A DNA stretch of 64,000 bases from Alloascoidea hylecoeti (GCA_001600815.1 BCKZ01000029.1:62001-126000); one strand, 5' to 3'. Shown: positions 37,701 to 48,700, counted from the first letter of the stretch. Translations and numbers: made by a program. Notes: generated by a model not told the origin, from the letters alone.

Positions 37701-39874
37701 CAGGTTATCCATATTCAAGATTAAATTCTAGTAATAGTGGGAGTGCAGCTTTAATGGCAAAACAAATTAAAATTCGTTTAGAATATGAAGGAGAAAGTGA
37801 TTTCCCAGAAAGTTATTCAGTATTAAATTTATCTGTTCATGCAATTGCCACTTTAAGATCAGTCAATAATTTTATGAAGGTTAAAATTATGCTTTTATCT
37901 AAAATTAATAGTCGTTTTATGAGAGTTGTTGAAGATGGTGAAGATGATTCAGAACCCCCTAATGTTGATACAGAAATTGCTGAATTTGGTTCTGGTGCTA
38001 GTGCTGATGAGAATTTAGATGGAGATTGGCATATTGAATTTTCAATTAATGGTGATATAATTCCAAGCGAAACAACAATATATGGAACTATACATCGTGC
38101 TTTACAAACAAAATTAGGTTATGTTGATACTGGTAAAATTTGGACTGAAATTCATGTAATTAAATTTCGAAAAGTTCCTGGTCGTAATTTTTCTACTGTA
38201 TCTATAAGAGATGGTAGTATATTTACTACAGCATTATCTTCAACTGGATGTTTGAGTAGTGAGGTTAGTAGTGAAGATGATGAATCTACAATTGGAGATT
38301 CTGTTACAATGTCTATTTTACAAAACTTGAAAACTATACATGATATCAATTCAACAAATTTAATTTCAGGAAATCATTTCTTTATACCAATTAGTGATAC
38401 CAAATTTTTGAATTCAAAACTTAGTGCAAAATTAAGTAGACAATTGGAAGAACCATTAGTTATTGCAAGTGGTACATTACCAACATGGAGCGTTTATATT
38501 GCAAGTCATTTTCCATTTTTATTTTCATTAGATACAAGAATTTTATTTTTAAAATCAACATCTTTTGGTTATTCACGTTTAATTCAATATTGGGAATCAG
38601 CTAATGAAGATAATGGTAATTCAAGAAGTAATCGAAATAATGCACCCCAATTGGGTAATTTAATGCGTCAAAAAGTTCGAATTTCAAGAAGACAATTAAT
38701 CCAAAGTGCAATGAAAGTTATGGATCTATATGGTGCTGAACCAAATGTATTAGAAATTGAATATTTTGATGAAGCTGGTACTGGATTAGGTCCAACTCAA
38801 GAATTTTATGCAAATGTTTCAAAAGAATTTTGTCAAAAGAAATTAAAATTATGGAGAGANGGTGAAGGTGAAAATGATAATATTAATGATAATAAAAGTA
38901 GATATGTTTTTTCAAAATTTGGATTATTTCCTGCACCAATGGATGAAAATATGTCAAAAAGTGAAAATGGGAAAAAAATTATTGGATTTTTTAATATTTT
39001 GGGTAAATTTATNGCAAGATCTTTATTGGATANTAGAATTGTTGATTTNAATTTTAGTAGTTTATTTTTNNCATTAGCTCATAGAGCTATATTNGGGAAT
39101 GAAATACCAATTGGATTAGAAAGTATTAAACTTGTTGATATTGGACTTTATAAAAATTTAAAATTTTTAATGGAATATGTTGATGAAAAGAGAAGATTAG
39201 AACGAAATGGAATTGATATTAATGAAGATTCTGATGTTTTAATAAACAATACTCCATTAGGTCAATTATCGATCCCTTATACAATTCCAGGGTATCCAGA
39301 TATTGAATTAGGATCAAAACATGAAAATGAAGATCTAAATATTAATAATGTTGAAGAATATATTGAATTTATTATTGATATAACAGTTGGATCTGGAGTT
39401 TCAAGACAAATTAAAGCATTTTATGAAGGATTTTCATTAGTTTTCCCATATTCAGCGATGATTTCATTTTATCCTCAAGAACTTGTTAATTTCTTTGGAC
39501 AAGGAGAAGAAGATTGGAGTTATGAAACATTATCAAGTTCAATTAAAGCAGATCATGGATATACATCAGAATCTCAGACAATTCATAACTTATTAGAAAT
39601 CATGTCAAAATTATCGTTAAAAGAAAGAAGGAAATTTTTACAATTTTTAAGTGGAAGTCCAAAATTACCAATTGGTGGATTTAAAGCATTAAAACCACAA
39701 TTTACAGTTGTTAGAAAACATGGAGAAGGGAAATTAAAAGCAGATGATTATTTACCAAGTGTAATGACATGTGCTAATTATCTTAAATTACCAGACTATT
39801 CTAGTATAGAACTTATGAAGAAAAGGCTTTTACAAGCTATGCATGAAGGATTGGGAGCATTTTTATTATCGTAG
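34769..39874 (+). CDS. UFD4: HECT E3 ubiquitin ligase Ufd4/TRIP12 family
   Basis: ARM region 'YIDLAEQ..LQYLDFF', 'LSRQLEEPL', HECT 'LEIEYFDEAGTGLGPTQEFY', catalytic 'LPSVMTCANYLKLPDYS..GAFLLS'; several N bases at 38860-39094. Confidence 0.95.
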   Translation: MATNNAESSSSRQKEKIARKHKTGRRHTAYSEKDDVLMSDADQVDFNTSSPNHDITTETPFSVSRQQQTGGPALLFEAEAADHGDHSEDEDGLYRLSQMGQERKEANITRRSLDQEDMMQSIEGLDRLYSSNSHPDPPNEDTHDHSGDNDNNIDNNTIAVESDNENDNEHDAHRPSDDNNTNDNINFPFSRSSGQRLRNEATDFAAAFSNFRSLHDFGAVSRIATLISKLSDHANPYSLLDDLTELSDSLLTMSSVLEHRSFPVSKATSVLVGIMNDPTLEDFMEVQLLACRSLFNLLELDLDYVNTAVHAGAVEALQSKLFNVQYIDLAEQVLQVMEFISRFAGRKVLSKGGLLACLQYLDFFTIHTQRKALLTTANSCRSISTKSFSQVKDIFPTLESIVCSDHGDPSVLENSWIAISRIVTNFRKHPSLLEQLISEKLLIKISHVTTSNFSKGKLATQTQTIEYSTCLKLLSIFSMVSKASPALSKIILCECNIGELICATLSGYGNSNNNSNGSNNINDDDDKKCAVEIESVMAAPKDLILEDLNIICLLLPLEDEIVGEFLKPIIPVITEQDKNRKILYNEGNVLPSIQKFISYIFPILLDVYSATVDFEIRKRVLLAMLRSICVLKSSLFEGISRNSEIVNILTANIIQSKSLLSKNKEKIETTIQTQTLTLLTGALLLIKVLLSEMPAQYAVRFEREGIIQEIKSILELLEAEKKSIPEELKIIHSKFENDNTNDEDDEHHMDEDDDEEEEDEDEDDEDEDNEDEDEDDNDQEANNGVKTDSKANDDDDEDEDEDDEDEDEDEDEDEDEDEDETDNDSENRYVSNGSDKLIKSLMETIISSCHYILKKFDSLNDSNDSVAQDRSKLLSQIYQQMVCTTNTPQQWDEIFKYLSKNYFSSSHADSISSFELINSGISEAINSVLKGDDEIRSAFISNFYNKDDPNDMHSPIENLVDKLQEALTRAESFDITTSGYPYSRLNSSNSGSAALMAKQIKIRLEYEGESDFPESYSVLNLSVHAIATLRSVNNFMKVKIMLLSKINSRFMRVVEDGEDDSEPPNVDTEIAEFGSGASADENLDGDWHIEFSINGDIIPSETTIYGTIHRALQTKLGYVDTGKIWTEIHVIKFRKVPGRNFSTVSIRDGSIFTTALSSTGCLSSEVSSEDDESTIGDSVTMSILQNLKTIHDINSTNLISGNHFFIPISDTKFLNSKLSAKLSRQLEEPLVIASGTLPTWSVYIASHFPFLFSLDTRILFLKSTSFGYSRLIQYWESANEDNGNSRSNRNNAPQLGNLMRQKVRISRRQLIQSAMKVMDLYGAEPNVLEIEYFDEAGTGLGPTQEFYANVSKEFCQKKLKLWRXGEGENDNINDNKSRYVFSKFGLFPAPMDENMSKSENGKKIIGFFNILGKFXARSLLDXRIVDXNFSSLFXXLAHRAIXGNEIPIGLESIKLVDIGLYKNLKFLMEYVDEKRRLERNGIDINEDSDVLINNTPLGQLSIPYTIPGYPDIELGSKHENEDLNINNVEEYIEFIIDITVGSGVSRQIKAFYEGFSLVFPYSAMISFYPQELVNFFGQGEEDWSYETLSSSIKADHGYTSESQTIHNLLEIMSKLSLKERRKFLQFLSGSPKLPIGGFKALKPQFTVVRKHGEGKLKADDYLPSVMTCANYLKLPDYSSIELMKKRLLQAMHEGLGAFLLS
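36990..37240 (+). repeat. GAY/GAR low-complexity repeat encoding the Asp/Glu tract in UFD4
   Basis: Long GATGAAGATGAA-type array translating to EDEDED runs. Confidence 0.9.
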
Positions 39875-40331
39875 TTTATAAAATTAATTAATACTATATT
39901 TGGGTTCATAGTCATAGTCATATTTATATTTTAAATTTGTTTTTATTGCAATTGTTTTTTAGGGATACTTTGAAAACTTTATTTAATTTGCATTTTGTAG
40001 TTAACGTTATAATTAATTAGCTAAATCTATAATAGAAAGTTAAGCCATAAAATTATGATTATGAATTAAATTACGATGATCATAATGATATATCAAAATA
40101 TATCGTCATGTTACTTAATTTAGGCCATTTATTAACTAATTTCGTCGGGAATATTACCGGTATGACCCGTCGTTATGGTTCCAAACTTGGCCGATAGTTA
40201 GTAGTCATAATGGCTTAAATCAAGTAGAATTGCTGTATCATACACCACCCAGCAAATAGAGTAAATAAAAATAATAAGACAAGCATTAAATTTCTTACCA
40301 ACTCAAAAAGAATTACAAAATAATAATAATA

Positions 40332-40963
40332 ATGATTCTAAAATTTCAAAAAAAAAAAAATTTAAATTCAAAATCAAAATTAAAATCAAAATCACAAGAA
40401 AATTTACCATCTAAAAATTTAAGAACAATGAAATCAATAAATAATTTAAAAACTCATGAACCATTATTAGAACCTGTATTGATAGATTCACCAATGGATT
40501 CACCAGTAAAGAATCTAAAGAATCTGAAGAATCTGAAACTGAAGAAATCAATGAAAAATCTAATAAATCGGATATTCTTGGAGATTCGGAGAAAAATGAT
40601 AATATGGAAACTCCACCATCTGTTCTAATGAAAAATTCAAATTCACAATCAAAAAATCACAATTATCATCAAATTTAGAATCTAATGAATTAAAAGAACC
40701 TTTATTACCTAACTCTGAATCAAATAATAATACTCCAAACCCAGACAAGGATAATAATATACCCAATGATGAACCAGTTTTGAAAGTTAAAACTTCATTA
40801 ACTTCAAGACCTTTACGTGATCCAAAATATCCAGGGAGATGAACAAAGACAAAGACATTATGATGCAAAAGTTTATGCAAAACTATTAGAAATCTGTTCT
40901 TCGGGAGATCCATCAAAAATTTATAAAAATTTAGGTAAAATAGGTCAAGGAGCATCGGAAGGA
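40332..40963 (+). pseudogene. Fragment of a STE20/PAK kinase gene, frameshifted and truncated in the Gly-rich loop
   Basis: 40838-40963 reads DEQRQRHYDAKVYAKLLEICSSGDPSKIYKNLGKIGQGASEG (Ste20-type ..KL.EICS.GDP...Y.NL.KIGQGASGG), then similarity ends. Upstream low-complexity part is broken by stops and frameshifts. Confidence 0.75.
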
Positions 40964-41757
40964 ATCAATTGCAAATGATTAGTTTTATCACTAATAATGT
41001 AGTTAGTTATAAGTAATAGTGTTTATACCATTAGCGCTATAATATATGAAGAATCATCTTAGTTATAACATATGCATCGATATCATTAATATTGACGTGC
41101 AATTGAGAGTAATTCATTATAATTGTCAACATAAGTTACTTATAGATCGGTTATTATCCTTTCAGCGATAATATATATAATGGGCTTCGATTTTTCTAAA
41201 GAGACAGTATAAGATGAATGTAGATTCCTTATAATTATAAGAAAAATCCACCACCAAAAAATGCAATCCATAATACTTAACTTCTCACCGAAAATACCAA
41301 TAACATTGAATATAAGTGGGAGAAGGACGATCAATCTTTGAGATTACATGGCTGCAATGTTTATGGGCTTATTCAATTTTCCACTTGTCTTCCCAACTAA
41401 CTCTTGTGCGATAACAACTGACAACCCTTTAAAATTTAAACATGGTTTAACGGTCTAGAATAAGAGAGATATCTTCTAAGAACTGTTCTGGTGAAGATGG
41501 AGTAAATCGAGGACTTTTTGACTGTTTAGTTTTTGGGCTCAATTTGCTGATAATGCGGAACAGGTAAATACTTAATTATTTTTCATCTATGGAAATTTAA
41601 TTATAACTAATAAATGTGTATGATTTACTTCAAAATTTTATAGTTATAAGGAACTATCATCGCTATGGTCACTTCATTTTCGGAAAAAATAGCTGCTGGT
41701 TCAAAGAAATTGAAAATTTTAGCTGCTGTTGATGTTGAAAGTCAGGAATTGGGAATT

Positions 41758-41817
41758 TATATATATAAATTTAAAATAAATAGATTAAATAGATAATTAA
41801 TTTTAAATGTTACCCGG
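41758..41817 (+). promoter_or_regulatory. TATA-like run and Reb1-like site upstream of the nuclease-kinase gene
   Basis: TATATATAAA near 41760; TTACCCGG at 41810-41817, ~50 bp before the ATG at 41868. Confidence 0.4.
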
Positions 41818-41867
41818 ATATCAAATATCTCCTTTTAATTAATCAATCAACTTCTTTTATCATTAAT

Positions 41868-43806
41868 ATGAATGGTTACCGAGAGCAATTCTTACAGCTT
41901 GAACGTGAAGTCGAGAAACGTGTTCAAGACCTTGAAAGTCGTTCGAATTCTAATGAACAGGGACGAATATTTGAAGACATAGTTCTCAAATCATATTTTG
42001 GTGACTTACATGAGAAGAATAATCTGGATCGGATCATGATTAGCGCTAATGATGAAGATATCATAGCCAAGTATATTTACGGCGGAAGTTTCGCNAATAA
42101 CATATTATTCAATCTACCATTAGTTGGGTTTTTTGAATTTCCAGCATCACACAGCAAGACTACAACAATATCAAGTAGGAAACAAAATAGAGTTAGTGGA
42201 GAATTCAAACAGATGAAATTTTTGCTGACAAAAGAGTTTGAATTCATCGAGGAAATTAAATGGCTAAAAGAACAATTGGATAATGGACGTGGAAAAATAA
42301 CTATCGGGAGGGAATTACTAAGAATATTCGACCAACCTTTCACTATCGTACAAAAAGTTGACGAAACGGCAGTATCAGATTTTATGACAGCAAATCTATT
42401 GGGTCCAGCACGAGACTTATACAGTTCATTTATTGGATCTTATGAAGCGTTACAGCTGATTGGTCACAAATCCTCCTACTTATCACATTTCAAACCAGAC
42501 TATACTTATGAGTTTGAAAATCGTCCAATTATTTCAATTGTTCAAAAAATATATGTTTGAAAATATGATATCAGAAATTAATGGTGAATATCAATTCACG
42601 AATCCAATAATTGAGGAAAAGATCAATGAAGTATTGCACCAGTGTCTCCTCATGGACACACCATTTGGCCTGTTGTCCGATATGAGGATCATATTGATGT
42701 TTCAATTCATATATTCAGGAGGTGATCTTCTTCAAGAAAAAAAGCTTAAGCTAAAATTTAAGTGCCTAAAATACACAGATCCAGGAGTTTTAAAAATATT
42801 TCTGTTATTTNTACACAAAAGNGTTACATATTTTGGAAAGGAACGAAGTGAAATACAATCCGAAATGAAGGAGCTTGGTAATTGTATTAGAAACAAGAAA
42901 TTTATTAGGAACCAGGACAAATTAAGGAAAGATATGAAACAACTATTTGAAGAAGATGAAATGTGTCGATTTTGGAAGGANAAAAACAATTATTATCCTG
43001 AAGAGGTTATAGAACTTGATAAGATCAGTGAAGAAAACAGATTACAATTTTCAGAAGAAAAAGGTANATGGAATTCATTTGTTTTTAAATTTGATAAAGA
43101 AAATTTAGACAAACANACGACAATAGGACGACAACTTAAAAAGGAAGGAAATGATGATCATCAATATGTGCTGAAGCTAATAGATCCAGCTTTAACATAT
43201 CAACATTATCACCCGAAAAAGGATATGCCGTTATTTTGTTTTAATAGCTTTATTNCCGAACTTGAGGCGTATAGAACTATTATCGCAAATGATTTACAAG
43301 ATTATATTCCCAAAATTTTTGCCGTCGGGTTTGCAACTCTATGTAAGGACAAAGAACCATACTCATCAGGATTATTTATGATAATTGAACACATCAAAGG
43401 ATGTCGTCCCGATTTCAAGAAACCTGAAATACAGAAAAAAGCCTGGGAAATCTTGGACAAGCTACATAAGATTGGCATTCATCATGGAGATATTCGAGGT
43501 TCGAATATGGTATTTAATAGTGATAAGATAATATTATATGACTTTGGTTTCAGTTATTCCGGTAAATTAAACAATTTGAATTCCCCAAGAAATAAAACGT
43601 CAGAATCTCCTAGATGTAAAGATGTTGAACAATTGAATGGAATGATCTCTCAGATTTCTGGGATCACTAATGTACCGGTGGAACCCATTTCTGATGAACC
43701 TATCTCTGATGAACCTATCTCTGATGAACCTATCTCTGATGAACCTATCTCTGATGAACCCATATTTAAGAGGCTTAGATCAAGAAAACGAGAGTTACAA
43801 TGTTAG
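41868..43806 (+). pseudogene. Coiled-coil + PD-(D/E)xK-like nuclease + atypical protein kinase gene, split by a frameshift at ~42540 (pseudogene or assembly error)
   Basis: ORF1 (41868-42560) and ORF2 (42460-43806, +1 frame) are contiguous. 'KPDYTY....IISI[E]FKK..EVLHQC...FGLLSDM..ILMF' is nuclease-like. Kinase motifs: VLKLID, ELEAY, IPKIF, MIIEHI, LHKIGIHHGDIRGSN, ILYDFGFS. Confidence 0.7.
43681..43764 (+). repeat. 15-bp coding minisatellite (GAACCTATCTCTGAT x ~5.6) encoding EPISD repeats
   Basis: Read directly from the sequence; followed by the basic KRLRSRKR motif. Confidence 0.95.
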
Positions 43807-43949
43807 TGATCTATTTATTTAAATTTATAATCCTAACATAAATATTAATCAATAAATTTCCAATTCCAAATACAATTCCAAATACAATTCCAAATACAAA
43901 TTCAATTTCCAATTTATAAATTATAAATTCCTTATAATATAATCTTAGA

Positions 43950-44276
43950 CCATTTGGCCTCTTAATAACACCTTTATTATCATCATCAATAACATTCACT
44001 CCAACAAGAGGAATCAGATTCCAAATACTACCAACATATTGAATATCGACATCTAATTCTTGTTTAATAAATTTTTCGCCATCCAATTCTATTACTTTTG
44101 TTACACCTGCTAGATGAGCACCAACAGGTAAAATTTTACCATGTAATTTCATTTCTCCAGTCATTGCTGAATCACTTGGAACAGGTGTTTTAGTTAATAG
44201 AGATGAGTGTCATTGTGATTGCTGGACCAGCACCAGCACCAGCACCAGGTCCATCTTTTGGAATAGCACTTCCCAT
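43950..44276 (-). pseudogene. C-terminal fragment of a Lon protease (probably peroxisomal type), catalytically dead
   Basis: SAIPKDGPGAGAGAGPAIT (PKDGPSAG with the Ser lost), then a frameshift, then VPSDSAMTGEMKLHGKILPVG|AHLAGVTKVI with the GIKEK catalytic-Lys segment deleted. No AAA+ or N-terminal domain upstream. Confidence 0.8.
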
Positions 44277-46056
44277 GTATGCAAGACCATTAATAAGTCC
44301 CATTCTACTTCGAAGGGTTCCATTAATGTATGATCATACTTTTCCATTTCAATATACTCCTATAAATCTTCCATTCCATTATAAATTGGAACAGAAGAAT
44401 ATCATGGCCCAAATATATGTATTGCTATAATTAACTTGACTTCATTTTAATCTTCTCTAAATCTTAGACTCTTCCTTTATGAAACGCTCGTCTGATTTTG
44501 AGATACTTCGGTTATTTTATATTGGGTTAGATTAGGATTATAAAGAGTTTGATAAATACAATATGGTATTACATGTATTCTCTAATAAGGCATTTAGTAT
44601 TACAAATCAATCTCTTTGAGACTAGTAAAATACTTTATTAAAAGTTTACCAATCATAGCTCTTTAGTCCGGTCGAATATTTCCTAAGAAACCAATAAAAC
44701 ATTTCAGAGAAAATCGACTGAATTATTTAACACAAAATGCTCAAATTACTCATACTACAAACCAAACCTTTAGGAAGAGTCCACCATAATTAGTGGAATT
44801 AATATGTATGTTTATAGTTCCAGAGATCTCGTAACCCTCATTAAATTCAAATAATTATTGTTAAGTGAATAGATCTGCCCTTTGCAAAAAATTTATTGGT
44901 AAAATCATAGAAAAATTATCAATATTTTGATTTCATACGATATTTAACGCAAGGAACAATTGACTAATTATGGGCCGCAATGAACAGTAAAACATTAGTC
45001 ATATTTCACAATAAACTTTGAGATGAATTACAGACTCAAGTAGACTACAGATTAAACAATTCTTATTTTTCTTTTTTATGACTACAAATATGTTTACATA
45101 ATAATACCAATTGTATTAGTGGATAAGCACAATTGCGTACTACACATAATGTGCCATTTACTAATCGTATCATACATTAGGATCCTATTTTTTGTACCAT
45201 AGTGATACTCAATACGGTCCATCTAGATCTGTTCAAAACGCAACAATTAGGTGTTCAACTTTAATTACTTTTTAAATACAACGTTTTATTTTCCAGTCAA
45301 TATAAGATATCTGCAAATGGAAAATATTCTTTAGTATAATGGGTACATACGATTGCGTTACTTCAGCTTTGGATGAACAATAAATCAGCAACGTTAAGAT
45401 CTCCAGCTCGAGAGTATGATATGTCAGTAATCTTGTTACTATCTTGGGCTTCATTACCAGTTGCAATACTGTAACATCGAGGAGTCTAAGTGAAGTAGCA
45501 CTAGCTACTGTTTAACAATTGTCATTTCCTTGGTAATAATATTAATGGTATCATCACCACTTGGAAGGGTTTGGTATATTGTTACTCCCGACCACTAAGA
45601 GAGTAGTGTAATATCGTATTAATAAACATTCCCACATCCCTCCAAGATGTTGAATTATTGACAGTATTTTATCGAATTTTCGGCGTTAAGCTTAACACTA
45701 GGATTCGAGAAGTTGAAGGCGAGCCTCGACAATTCCACTAATTGCGAGCTACTCGTGGTGGCCTTTAAAGAGGTGTTAGTTTCTTCTGGAGCAGTAATAT
45801 TTTTCTTAGGTGGGAAAGTTCATGAACGAGAGTTGTACCTGTGCTTCCCACTCTTCAAAGGAGATTACTGACTAGTTCCTAGTTTCTAGATCGTTAACTT
45901 CCTCACGATCCCTAACTGCTTGAAGAACTTCAGCCAAGCATGAGTGCTACCTGTGGGAGTCCTTAACTTCAAAATTCCTCTCCCAATATTGACCGTGATA
46001 GCTTTACGTATGATATTGACTGTTTTTATGAATAAATTTGTCTTAGATGGCCGGAT

Positions 46057-46156
46057 ATTTAGTTAAAAAAAAGTGATAGAACATTATTAGTGCATTACGT
46101 GGCATATCATTTAAATTTAGTTAAAAAATAGACGAATACTTAGTCCATCACGTGGC
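46057..46156 (+). repeat. Imperfect tandem duplication (~58-bp period) ATTTAGTTAAAAAA...TTAGT.CAT.ACGTGGC
   Basis: Copies at 46057-46103 and 46115-46156. Confidence 0.7.
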
Positions 46157-48149
46157 CGAAATTAAGAGGAATGACTTTGCAATATAGTATATTTGGATCT
46201 ATTATAATATATACTAGCACGGATTATGAAAGGCGAATTTGAAATATACTAATACTAATATTGATATATTGCCACACAAATTAACTCATATATGCATTCT
46301 TTATAAATCTGTTATCGTTTATTTTTAGTTATGGCAAACTCAATTGGGAATTTTTCATAGTAAGAAGCATCACCTATAATCATCATACAATTAGGAAGTT
46401 ATGCCAAAACTTATAATTAAGATATCAATGCCAAACTTCAATCGTTCCAATTTACAATCCTTGACACTAGCCGTTGAGAATACAAAAGTGAATAATTATT
46501 AGAAATATTCCTGATAAATTTATGTTGCACACCACGGGTACAAATGCATGCATATGGTATAGCTTATCGATTACAAAATCCCCCAACGTACTATACCCAA
46601 AGCCATAATTATAATCTATTATGAAGTATAACTATAATTAAAATATATAAACATCTTTCACAACAATTAATTAATAAATTTGCAATTGAAGTGAGCTTTT
46701 TTTGGTACGTAGTATACCATTGACATGCCATACACATATATACAGTGCATTTAGATTTAAAAACTCTATAATTATAATGTATGCATATATGCATTCTCTT
46801 CAGATCTGCTACGACGTATGCAAACGTTTGTTGTATCGGGACGACTAATCAACATTGTATACCCATTGTATACTTATGTTCCAAGGTTATATCGCCAGCC
46901 GATCAGAATATGTTGAAAATACACCATTCATAATTAAAATGAGGCTATAAAGGAACTTTCATTTTAGCAATTTCAAATGAAGAATTTATATATAGTTTTA
47001 ACTGGGGACGTGGAACATTAATTGAAAATAGGTATAAGCCGAGGTTACCTGATATAACAAAGCGCCAAGGTAGCCCAATACTTTAATTCATATACCATTA
47101 ATCATATATATCTTAAAACAATTAACATATTGTGTTGACTTGCAACGATGGGTAAAAATATATACTTATAACCATATTGATGAATATTCGCGTTCGTTTT
47201 ATTTTGAAATCTACAATTTTTAATTGCGTTCTAATAGCCAAGCTTATAAAGTTAAAGAATAACAATTTCTGTTATGCCAAGTAGATCATCCATTTGGTTA
47301 AACTATAGGAACACACCTGATAGTATCCTTTAATATGTAATTATAACGAAATATTAACTTATAACAGACTGGAAAGAATATTAATGAAAAAAGATGTTTG
47401 AATATGCAATAATTATTTAAATTCAGTAATTCAAGAAGTATTAGTTGGATTATAACAAATATATATATCGTCTGAATGATACAGTAAAACTTACTATATA
47501 AAAATATTTACCACAGTTTTATGTTTCTCCTGATCAGTTCTCCGCGGAATAATTCATTAGTTACACCCTTAAGGCATCCTTCCTATTTTTTTTGTAATAT
47601 GGTGGACATCTAATATGCCTGTGCATATGGACCTTACCAGACACCTCTCTTTAATTCCTTAGTGCCAGCCACCAACATCATTAAGTGACTCTTTGAAAAC
47701 AACAGCGGATAACTAAATGAATGGCAAAGATAATCTATTTTGTTTCTCTTTAATTTCTGTGGACTCGTGTTAAGGTAAGATATGCTATTCAAATATATGC
47801 CTAGACCTTTTCCTTCATTCGCATATACCATGCAGCAAGTAACTACCCAGTTAGGCAATATGCCACACTCAAATCGGTTTATTCTTAACTATGTGAAAAT
47901 TGTGTTTTATTTCTGGACAATATTCTTAGTTTTTGTGTGTGTGCAAGGTTAGTTAATCACTACTATATAAGGCTTACATTAATTAGGTTCAATTGCAAAA
48001 TCTATATAGTAAGTTTGTAATTATATGCGCCAAATATGATTAGCACAGACATAATTCTACAATAGCTAACCCTAGTTAAATTGAAGATTCACAGACTTCA
48101 TGTAGATGACTGCAACCACAGCTAAAGAGCAGAATATAATTACTTGCAG

Positions 48150-48700
48150 TTGACATTAAACCTTGGCTATAGAGACCCCAGAGACAAATTATTTGGTTTC
48201 TATTCTGTTCGATTCTCAAAAGAGTTTAAGCTTAGACCATTTTTCAAATGTTGAAAAACACGTACTCATAACAATATTTAAGGACAGAAATGACCAAAGT
48301 TTTGTCTACAATTACAATTACCCTTGGGTCTGGAAAACAATGTCTACCCATCGACATCGTATGTCTAAATCTAGGTTAAACCCTTTAGTTAGATCTAAGA
48401 GTCCGAACATTGACTCTAGATTGTTACCCGAAAATAACTGAGCAAAAGAAAATAAATAGAACAGGAAACTGTGGGGTGGGCAGCCTGCAACAGTTTTTCC
48501 AAAGCATTATTATAAACTCCTCTTTTATATATTAATAGCATTTTGAGTACATTTCTCTTTATACAATCTCCCAGTACATGCAAAGGACTAAAGCAAATAA
48601 TTACAATCTTTGTAGTAACATCGTCTCGTGGGGCGGAGAGAAATATAGAGGCATCAGGAGTTAGATTTCTAATGACCAAAACTGACCCTTCGGATCAGCC
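48150..48700 (-). mobile_element. Eroded LTR-retrotransposon reverse transcriptase relic (Ty3/gypsy-like)
   Basis: Minus strand 48410-48300: MFGLLDLTKGFN...IVFQTQG*L*L*TKL (RT F..LDL.KG+ ... F.T..G.+..). Upstream RGVYNNALEKLLQAAHP resembles the R.V.DYR.LN....HP segment. YxDD not found. Confidence 0.45.

Noticed and set aside
41140..41560. Coding-like fragments on the minus strand within the island
   Set aside because: Stops in all frames and no recognisable family.
42540..42560. Programmed +1 frameshift or micro-intron linking the nuclease and kinase ORFs
   Set aside because: No GT-AG intron with a branch point and no known yeast +1 heptamer. A ribosomal shift would not restore the ExK Glu, whereas a 2-nt deletion explains both defects.
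43681..43910. Tandem repeats as a CRISPR-like array
   Set aside because: No spacers; eukaryotic context; simple 15-bp and 12-bp minisatellites.
45290..46000. Possible solo LTR or gag relic (TGTAAC start at ~45470; AATACTGT/ACAGTATT inverted octamer)
   Set aside because: No target-site duplication, second copy or recognisable protein motif.
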